Below are positions 1-8,231 of a DNA stretch of 36,140 nucleotides, one piece after another. The notes beneath the pieces are model-generated. The model made no database searches. It saw only the letters and a program-made list of their open reading frames with translations, and was not told the DNA's origin. Origin of the DNA: Chrysochromulina tobinii (lineage: Eukaryota); the NCBI GenBank assembly GCA_001275005.1, contig JWZX01002597.1:1-36140 (forward strand), given 5' to 3'. A program made the translations under genes and the position numbers. The number at the start of each line of letters is the position of its first letter. The first letter of the stretch is position 1.

Positions 1-311
1 GGGTGACGGACGAGGCGGGCGCCGGCGCCGCTGCCCAAGGGGCGGGCCGCGGCGCTGGCGGTGGTCGTGGCTCGGGCGGCGCTGGCGGCGGCCGGGGTAG
101 CCGCGACGGCGGGAGTACGGCCGACACGTCGAATGGCCATGCCGCCAGCGGCGAGAACGGCCACGAGAAGGGCCACGAGAAGAAGCTATGGGTGCCTGAC
201 GGTGAGAGCGCCTCGTCGCGGCCGGTGAACAGCGTGCGGCGGCAACAGCGTGATCCCAAGGGAAGCAGCGCAACGCTCGATCCCAAGAAGGATCCGGACT
301 ATCGGCGTTGA
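1..311 (+). CDS. Possible 3' end of a protein-coding gene entering the window (Gly-rich, low-complexity C-terminus)
   Basis: Open frame from the window edge to TGA at 309-311, ending LDPKKDPDYRR; G/C-ending codons like the neighbouring genes; no recognisable domain. Confidence 0.35.
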   Translation, partial: VTDEAGAGAAAQGAGRGAGGGRGSGGAGGGRGSRDGGSTADTSNGHAASGENGHEKGHEKKLWVPDGESASSRPVNSVRRQQRDPKGSSATLDPKKDPDYRR

Positions 312-1601
312 TCGCGTGCGTGAAGGGGGTCGACCCAGCTGCGCCCTTGAGCCATGCCCCTCAGCATGAGAGCCGTCGGCATGGTCAGGCCCCAGCGCTC
401 TGGCTGTGGGCCGGCTGCGGACCCTCCGGCAGTGGCTGCTGCCTGTTCGCCGCCACACGAGCGTCGCTCGCGACGGCGCCTCGAAACCACCACCTGTGGG
501 GAACCTGCGGGGACCTGCGCTACGGTCGTCACCGGCGACGTGAGAAGCTCCTGCCATCTCGCCGTGACGCTCGCTCTCCTCGAGCTCTTGCGGCGGCCGC
601 CAGGCGTTCCTGCCGCCGCCGCGGGGCCTTCTGTTGGATTAGCTCTTCTCTTCGGGGACATATCTTCGCATTCGCATCCATGTGTCGAATGATGCGCATT
701 GATGCGCGACGAGCACGAGGCCGTTGGCATTGCGGCTGACTGGCACGTGGCAGGGAGCTCGCGCGCACAACATCTCGCTTGCGCGCAACAGAGAAGCTGC
801 ACAGGAGCCGCGGAGCGTCGGCATCGCGCCCGCACGTCGCAGCGGACTTGGCGCGCCTTCAGCGCTTGGCTCTGTGGGATCGCTGGCCTGCCTCTAGGTA
901 AACGAAGGGGGTGGCGGGTCCTTGCTGACCTCCTTCATCGGACATGCGGGGCGGAGGGGATGGAGAGTCCTTGCGGGGGTTCTGCTCTGCTCATTCTATA
1001 CTCTTGTGGGCGGCTGTCGGGCGGACGAACACGACACGAACACGGATGCGGTGTGCCGACTGTCTCGGCGGCCGCCTCGGCCGTAGTGGGTCTGAAGTGG
1101 GTCTGCGGAATCTGGGCGTTTTGCGGTTAGGCCTCGGCGTGAGTTATGTAAACTTCTCACGCATGGGTTCTGTAGACACTATGTAAATGAGCCTCGAGCA
1201 TGACCGGCCTCGGTCAGCCGGTCCAATAAGAAGGGTAAACCCGCGGTGGGCGGACGCTCGAGCAGGGGCGGGGCGCGGGCTCGCACTCGCTCGCGGCCCG
1301 CGGGGCCGGCCGCTGAATGCACATGATTCCGGGATTATCGATGCGAATACATATATAAGCCGTGACATCTCCTCGACTCCGGCGTAATATCTCTGCATAT
1401 GGCTGTAGAAGTGGCAGGTGGATCGGGCAGGAGCGTGTTGAACGAGCTCCGTCACGATCGTCACCAGGAGAGGCATCACACATGCTTCGTCCGTTCTGAG
1501 ATTTAGATATGGGGAGAGCTCGTGCCGAATGATGACTGTAGTGTGGTCGGGTATCGTCTGAGAACGTATGAGATCCGAGGGTGCCACGCAGACCCCCGCC
1601 G

Positions 1602-2922
1602 TCATTGCCCCCGCACTGGACTTGACCGTCCAGGCGGCGACATGAGCGGCGCATCTTCGTCGTCCGCATCGCCACGCGCTTCACTGGTCACAGCCTTCTT
1701 CGGCTGCACTGTGGGGAAGCGGTTCGGGTACAGGCTCGGGCTCGAATACCTGCCCACATCGCGCACACGACGGGTCAGCGGTCAGCCGATCGTGGGCTGG
1801 GGCGGGAGGGTCCAGCGGTCGGCGCGTTGAGCCGCGCGCTGAGCTCGCGAGGCGGCGGCTGTGGCGGCTGCGGCGGCTGTGACGGCTGTGGCGGCGGCCG
1901 TGGCGGCTGCGGCGGCTGTGGCGGCAGTGGCGGCTGTGGCGGCAGCGCGGCGGCGGCGGTGGCGGCGCGGCGGCGGCGGTGGCGACGGGCGCGCACATCC
2001 AGATCGAGACAGCTGTGAGCGCCACACCAAACCCGAAGAGGAGCGTCGGCGTGAAGTCGAATAGGAATGTCGAGACGAAGCACGTGCACAGGATCGCGAG
2101 GACGGTCGCGAATGTTTTGAGTACGTTCCCGGCGAACTTGATCACAAAGGCCGTGAGCAACGCGCCCGCCACCTGCACCGCCACCACCGCCCATGTCGAC
2201 GGCTGGAAGCCTTGTAGCAGGCCGCCATCCGCGACCGCCTCTCGGTCTAATTGATAGATGGTGACCACCTGGAGAGGGATGGCGAATAGGCAGAGCTGCA
2301 CGTTCCGCATCCAGAGCGAGGATCCGCCCGAGGTGAACATTTTCTCGAGATACACGCCCGCGAAGCCCGAGAGCGTTGCCGCAGAGAGCGCTGCGCTCAC
2401 GCCGAGCATGGGACTTGCGCCTGTCGGGCTGGCCGACGACTTGGCATCCTGAGACTGGACAAGGACGACGCCTACGCTGAGCAGCGCGAACGAGGCCCAC
2501 TGGATCGGCTGGAAGGATTTGCCAAGGATCGCCACGGTGAACGCCGCAGTCGAGAGCGTCTTCGTCTGGTAAAGTACCTGCGCTGCGGCCGCCGAGAGGT
2601 TGGAGATGGCGACAAAAACAAGGTTATTCTGGATGGCGTAACAGAACGCTGGCACTCCGAGCTTGAGCGTCTCATTGCTCTCGATCCAGACGTGCTGCCG
2701 CAGTCCGGAAACAAAGCGTGACGGGCCCTCGAGCAACAGCATGGACAGACAGATCAACAACTTGCACACCTCCACCACGAGCACGACGACCGAGGTGAGG
2801 TAGAGTGCTCCATTCTCGTCGGGCTTGCGCGAGTAGCGCGTGACCACGAAGAGGCCGCTGTTTTGCACGACGATCCCTGCGAGCGACGCCCATTTGATGC
2901 GCTCGGCACGCGCGTCCGACAT
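1602..2922 (-). CDS. Nucleotide-sugar transporter, SLC35A family (UDP-Gal/UDP-GlcNAc/CMP-Sia type); 2 exons, 2922-1997 and 1749-1602
   Basis: Family motifs VPAFCYAIQNNL, QVLYQTKTLSTAAF, SGFAGVYLEK, SLWMRNVQL, IKFAGNVLKTFAT and about 10 hydrophobic helices. Splicing out 1996-1750 gives SIWMYSSPSLYP...RGQ* in place of the low-complexity read-through. Confidence 0.9.
1750..1996 (-). other. Spliceosomal intron (247 nt) of the SLC35A gene
   Basis: GTGCGC donor, GCTGAC branch-like motif, CAG acceptor; removal restores the family-like WMYS ending. Confidence 0.8.
1851..1984. repeat. GC-rich degenerate tandem repeat (GGCGGCTGY 9-mers and GGC runs) inside the intron
   Basis: Visible ggcggctgt/ggcggctgc/ggcggcagt units. 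Confidence 0.85.
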
Positions 2923-3065
2923 TGGCCGACGGAGGGGCGATTCCGAACTTCCCCCAACCCTCGGACTCCAGAGACATCCCTTTGGCCTCATTTTCCTGGG
3001 GACAAATCGCCACACTCTGTGTTTCGCCGCACCTGAAAGTTCATCTGAACGCCGTCCTGGCAGAC

Positions 3066-4578
3066 ATGCTCCGCCGACGACCGGCTCCGCTCGTCTACTT
3101 GCTTGCGGGCGAGCCCTCGGGAGACGCGATCGGCGCGCTCCTCATGGCGGCCCTGCGGCGCGAGTATGGCGCACCGCTGCGTTTCGCCGGCGTCGGAGGC
3201 AGTCGGATGACCTCAGCTGGCCTTCGCTCGCTCTTCCCAATGTCAGACTTGACGGTGATGGGCTTTGCAGAGCTTGTACCGGCGCTCCCACGCCTCGCGA
3301 TGCGGCTAATACAGACTGTTTTAGCCGTGCGTGCCGACACGCCGCACATGGTGGTGGGCATCGATTCCAAGGGCTTCAACCTGCGGGTGCTCCGCCACCT
3401 GTCCTCGGCTCGGCGATCACGCACGCCGTCGGCCACGGACGACAAGCAGCCGACGCCGATTCTCGTGCAGTACGTAGCGCCCTCGGCGTGGGCATTTGCC
3501 GACGCGCCGCAGCGTGCTGCGCGGCTGGCGGAGACGGTGCGCCTCGACGAGCTGCTCGTTCTGCTGCCATTTGAAGCCCCACTCTATCAATCGGCTGGGA
3601 TCCGATGCACCTTCGTCGGCCACCCGGCACTCGAGCCGGAAGGAGAAGGGGCACAGGAGCGTTTTCCTCACGGCGGCAGCTCTTCAGACGATGTCTCCTC
3701 GACAGTGCCACCACCACTGCCAGCCCAAGCGTCGTCCCAAGCGTCGTCAGCCCTGTGCGTGCTGCCGGGCAGTCGGCCTCACGAGATCGAAGCTAACCTT
3801 CCGTTGATGCTCCAGGCAGCGGAGCTGATCGCCGTCGAGGTTGCGGCGCGCGCCGATCGCAGCGGTTCGAGCGCCGAATTGAGCGCCCACGAGAGCGCCC
3901 AGGAGCCACTCGCCACAGGCATCATTGATCATCTGCTCCTGCCAGTGCCGCTGTCGTTGCATGACGCGGTCGAGGCACATTTGCGCGCACGGCCGCCTGG
4001 TTCGTTGCGTGCCCAGGTCCTGCAAGACAGCGAGCGACACCGTGCATACGCGCACTCTCGGCTGGCGATCGCGTGCTGCGGTACGGTCAACGTGGAGCTG
4101 GCACGCGCTCGCGTGCCGCAGGTGAGTCTCGTCAATTGCCTCTGATTGCCTCTGATTGCCTCTGATTGCCTCTGATTGCCTCTGATTCGCAAGCGACGTG
4201 CCGCAGGTGGCGGTCTATCGCTCGTCCCGGCTGACCTCGTGGTTCGTACGCCATATCCTCCGTCCGAGCACGCCGTATGCCACGCTGCCCAACATCCTCC
4301 AAGGCCTCCTCCACGGCCGCGTGCGCGCAGCCGAGGGTCAAGAAGAGGTCCGCCGACGGATCCCCGAGTTGCTCTTCGAGGCCTGCACCGCGGAGGCCAT
4401 TGCGCGCGAAGTGGTGCGGTTGCTACGGGACCCGCGCGAGGCTCAGGCTCAGGTGGACGCTGCCTCCGATGCCGTCGGGGAGCTTGTCACGAGAGACGAG
4501 GAAGGTCGGGTGCGCTCGCCCGCCACTGTCGCTGCTCGGGCTCTGCTCCGACACTTGCCGCCGGTGACCTATCCGTAG
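3066..4578 (+). CDS. lpxB: Lipid-A-disaccharide synthase (GT19); 2 exons, 3066-4121 and 4207-4578
   Basis: LpxB motifs in order: LLAGEPSGD, GVGG, TVMGFAE, IDSKGFNL, QYVAPSAWA, LLPFE, FVGHP, LPGSRPHEI, GTVNVELA, and after splicing VPQ|VAVYR, LPNIL, IPELL. Confidence 0.92.
4122..4206 (+). other. Spliceosomal intron (85 nt) with a duplicated splice junction
   Basis: GTGAGT donor and GCAG acceptor, phase 0, joining ORFs 2922-4145 and 4198-4578. Confidence 0.9.
4135..4187 (+). repeat. 10-bp tandem repeat (ATTGCCTCTG) x5 plus ATT
   Basis: Perfect copies read directly from the sequence. Confidence 0.97.
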
Positions 4579-4675
4579 CGCGCGCTGGTTTAAGTTCAGT
4601 GTTGGCACGTGGGTTTAAACACTAACGCAAGCTGATTATGCGTGCATGCATGGCCTAGCGCACATTGCACGCTCT

Positions 4676-5062
4676 TCATTGAGCCGTCGGGTTCATGAGC
4701 TGGATTGCAACGAGCGCTTGCCGCAGCTCGTCAATCTGCTGCTTGATTGTTTGATTGCGCCCCGCAAGCGCTGTTCGCAACCGCTGCCGCTCCTCCAGCA
4801 ATGACTCTATCTCGGGCGTAGGCGCCGTGTTGCTGGTCGGCAATCGTGAAACTTCCCTGCCTGCCTCATCGAGCGCCTCTGCTGCATTGCACACTGTCGT
4901 CCACTGCGCCTCGAACTCGGCCTGAAGGGCCTGCAACCTGCTCACGAGAGCGGTGTCGTCGTCGGTACCCACGCTGCGCACCACTGTGAGCAACGCCGAT
5001 GCTCCCTGAACGATTGCGCTGACGCTCTGCTCTGCGGCGGCTGCAGAGGACCCCGACAGCAT
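4676..5062 (-). CDS. 128-aa helical/coiled-coil protein, putative Mediator subunit MED30-like
   Basis: ATG-initiated ORF with helical pattern. The C-terminus EIESLLEERQRLRTALAGRNQTIKQQIDELRQALVAIQLM resembles the MED30 C-terminal helix pattern (N..(L/I)K..(I/M)D.LR....I) as I recall it. Confidence 0.5.
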   Translation of the reverse strand: MLSGSSAAAAEQSVSAIVQGASALLTVVRSVGTDDDTALVSRLQALQAEFEAQWTTVCNAAEALDEAGREVSRLPTSNTAPTPEIESLLEERQRLRTALAGRNQTIKQQIDELRQALVAIQLMNPTAQ

Positions 5063-5195
5063 TTCGAACGCAAGTTCGCGAAAAGGAAAGCTCGGAATGC
5101 TTCGTGAAGGGAATTGACGAGAAGTGGTGAGATTTTAGGTTTTGTGCTTGTGGAACGTGATGATGAGATTGATGACGCCGATGATGACGTCGCCC

Positions 5196-7240
5196 ATGCT
5201 GAGACGTCCAGCGACCCTCTTCCTACTCCTCGCGTGTTGGCTCCACGCCTCGCCAGCGCTGCGATTCGCTCCACGTGTTGGACAGCTTCGGCTCTGCGCT
5301 GATGGTAGCAGCAGCAGCTTTGCTGATTTGATACCATCGCTACCCGCCGTCGTGACACTTGCGCTTTCTGCACGCGGCGTGACCACGCCAACGCCGATCC
5401 AGGAGGCGGCCCTTGCGCGGGCCTTCGCTGGAGAGAGCTTGCTGCTTCACGCTGAGACTGGGAGCGGCAAGTCTCTTGCGTTTCTGCTTCCGACGCTTGC
5501 GCGACTGGGCCTTGCTGGATTGGTCGACGTGCCCGCCGAGCTGACGCAGGCCAAGGTGCTCATCATCACCCCGACGCGTGAGCTCGGCGTCCAATTGTGA
5601 GCTGTGCCGCTCGCCACGGACCAGGTGATCCCATTCTGCTTGGCGCCTTGCTTCTGATCGCTTGCCGCGCGCCTCCCTCTTGTCGCAGGGCCAACGAGGC
5701 GGCGCTCGTGTTGCCTGCGGCAGGTGCGGTGCAAATCGTCGCCATCGGGGCCACGCCCCCTGCGGCCGCGCTACTAGGGGCGTCCGTGATCACGTGCACC
5801 GCGCCCGAGCTGCTTGCGCTGCTTCGGTCCGAAGGCGAAGGCGTGGCGGGCGTCGTCGACGCGGTGCTTTCACAAGTACGGGTTCTCATCATGGACGAGC
5901 TCGACATGCTGTTGCCCGTGAGTTCGACCTACGGCATCAACGCGGCGAAGCGCAAGAAGACCGAGAACAAGAAGGGGAGCGAGGTGTCGCCTGCGGAGGA
6001 GCTAGTCCGCCTCGTCCTCGAGGCGAGCTCCGCGGCCGACCTGCAGGTCGCAGCCTCAGCGACGGCAAACCCTAACCCTCACCCTAAACCCTAACTCTAA
6101 CCCAAACCCGAACCCTAACCCGACCTGCAGGTCCTCGCAGCTTCAGCGACGGTGAGCCGGCCGACAAGGCTCAAGCTCGCGCGCGTGCTCCGACGAGACC
6201 CCCTTGGCAGATGGTACGACGCGCCGCCGGAGATGGTGCGCTCAACTGAGCTGGAGCAGTTGGACCTCTCGACGGTGCCGCGCGCGGTCGTCATCCCGCG
6301 CGAGATCAGTCACTACTACGTGCGCCTGGACGCCTCCGTCAAGCTGCGTCGCATCCTGCCCAAGGCGGCCGCGCGACCCGTCTCCAAACGGCGGCAGACC
6401 CTCAAGCAGAAGCGCACAGCCAAGCTGGCAGCACAGAAGGCGACGCGCGGGCAACCGGCTGAAGGCGACATCCACCCGCTCTTCACAAGCCTCGAGGCCG
6501 CCCACAGCGCCCTCGACCCCTCGTCCGCCCTCGTCTTCCTCTGTCGCTCTTCAGGCCTCACCGTGCGTCGTGCGGCGCGCGAGCTGCGAGAGCTCGGCCT
6601 ACCAGCTCTCGCGCTACACGAGGCCATCGGTCTCGAGCACTCCACGGACGAGCTGGGTAGCTGGGGCACGGCAGAGGGCGCTGAGGGCGCCGAGAGCGCC
6701 ACCAGCCGCACCCGTGCTACGCGGAGCACAGCCGAGAGCGTCACCAGCGGCACCCTTGCTACGCGGACCACAGCCGAGGTCGACACGAGCTCCGCACTCC
6801 TCTCCCGCCATCGCGCTATCTCTTCTGCCTTCAGCTCGCGCGTGAGCCCTGGCGCCGATGGTACTGGCGCTGCTGCCGCGTCGTCCACAGTGCCGTCCGC
6901 GCTGGTCGAGCGCCGTGACGAGCGCACGCCGCTGCTCATCACCTTTGAGGACATGGCTCGTGGTCTGCACTTCGAGGCTGTCGAGACGGTCTTCATCCTC
7001 GGAATGCCCGACTCGCCGGCGACGTACCTCCACCTGGCCGGGCGTACCGGCAGGCAGGGGCGCAAGGGCAGCGTGGTCACCGTGTGCCCTGGCGCCGCGT
7101 TCGAGCAGCTGCTCAGCTGGAGCCAGCGGCTCGGCGGTATCCGCTTCGAGGAGCTTGCGGCGGACGAGGCGGCGGACGAGGCGGCGGATGACGAGGCGGC
7201 TGATGACGAGGCGGCTGAGGAGGAGGACTCATCCCCGTAG
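5196..7240 (+). CDS. DEAD-box RNA helicase, probably plastid-targeted; 3 exons, ~5196-5596, 5689-6046 and 6131-7240 (in-frame ATGs also at 5160-5184)
   Basis: Q motif PTPIQ, motif I AETGSGKS, Ia PTREL, II DELD, III SAT, V ARGLH, VI HLAGRTGR; hydrophobic N-terminal leader; acidic repeat tail. Confidence 0.88.
5597..5688 (+). other. Spliceosomal intron 1 of the helicase (92 nt)
   Basis: GTGAGC donor, CTGAT branch-like site, pyrimidine tract and GCAG; splicing gives RELGVQLANEA. Confidence 0.88.
6047..6130 (+). other. Spliceosomal intron 2 of the helicase (84 nt) with a telomere-like core
   Basis: GT...CTGCAG boundaries; contains an in-frame TAA (6092-6094); splicing gives DLQ|VLAASATVSR, restoring motif III in frame with ORF 6152-7240. 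Confidence 0.85.
6067..6121 (+). repeat. Degenerate interstitial telomere-like repeat (CCCTAA)n, about 8-9 units
   Basis: aaaccctaaccctcaccctaaaccctaactctaacccaaacccgaaccctaaccc. Confidence 0.9.
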
Positions 7241-8088
7241 GAGTCGAAGACGAAGAGTGAACGACGGTGTGGCGTCTCTGAAGAGTGTGGGTCAAGTTGG
7301 GGTCGAAGGAGCTCGTTCCGCGGCGGCTACGCGGCGGCGGCATCCGTGATCCGATCAGCGATCTCGTCTGACGACCGATTATGGATTCTCTCTGAAGGAC
7401 AGGGATTCGAGCGCGCGACGACGTGAATGATTAACTCGCGTCTCGAGTCCGGTGCAAAATCCGCTCGCTTTTCCCGGCGGGACGGCGAAGTTGAAGAACC
7501 GTTGTAATTAATACGAGTTGTTATAACGAATTAACATAATCGGTCTTATTAAGTTACACTTCTACTGACTACTCAGTTTAAGTTACTACTCCTACTGCGT
7601 ACGTGCGTACTGGTTTCTATTCGACAGTTAACACTCGGTCCTTCCACCGCTCCGCTCGAATGACCGGAATGAGGTACCGCTGCGAACCCGCGGAACGCGG
7701 CCCGGAACCGGGCCGGCGGGGTGGCGCGTGGGTGCGTGCTTTGTCCATTGATATGCCATATGGCTTTGTCGCGCCTCGGGCTCGGCACGGCACGCGGGGG
7801 TTCGGTCCGCGTCCCCGGCGCGGGACGCATGTTCGGACCGGACGGTTTCGGGGGGAGAGGCCTCCCCGAACGGCGGTCTGTGCACTGTGGTCTGCCCGGG
7901 AGAGACTGTCGACAGACCGTAGGGATGTGCGCCCTTTTTTCAAACGCGTCCGCCGCGCGTCGCCCCTCGTTAACGCCCTTTCCGCTTTCGCCGTTGGCGG
8001 GGTCAACGCCACCCTTTCCCCATGCCTTACACATGCATATATCCGGCTCAGGCTTAGTATTCGCTGCCATCGCACTCGGCATATATTT

Positions 8089-8151
8089 CTGCTCCTGCAC
8101 GGCCTGCTCCTGCGCGGCCTGCTCCTGCGCGGCCTGCTCCTGCGCGGCCTG
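8089..8151. repeat. 15-bp tandem repeat CTGCTCCTGCRCGGC x4
   Basis: Four near-identical copies at 8089, 8104, 8119 and 8134. Confidence 0.95.
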
Positions 8152-8231
8152 TCAGGACGATCTACCTCGCTTATGATGGGGGGGCGACCCCCCAGACTCC
8201 GCTCTCCCTTCGTTTCCCTCATCCCAGTATG

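Noticed and set aside
312..1600. Several overlapping 60-180 aa ORFs
   Set aside because: No motifs or consistent codon bias; possibly degenerate repeat DNA, but nothing I can support.
1681..1996. Poly-Ala/Pro and RHSR-repeat C-terminal tail on the transporter
   Set aside because: It is a read-through of a GT-AG intron; splicing gives a more family-typical ending.
5578..5603. GTGAGCT repeated before and at the donor of helicase intron 1
   Set aside because: Only 7 bp, largely donor consensus, and it does not span both junctions.
6067..6121. True chromosome end or telomere mis-join
   Set aside because: The repeat is short and degenerate, and helicase motifs continue collinearly on both sides.
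7721..8176. Metallothionein-like Cys-rich peptide (CSCAA repeats)
   Set aside because: The Cys pattern comes solely from the 15-bp DNA repeat, and the rest of the ORF does not look coding.
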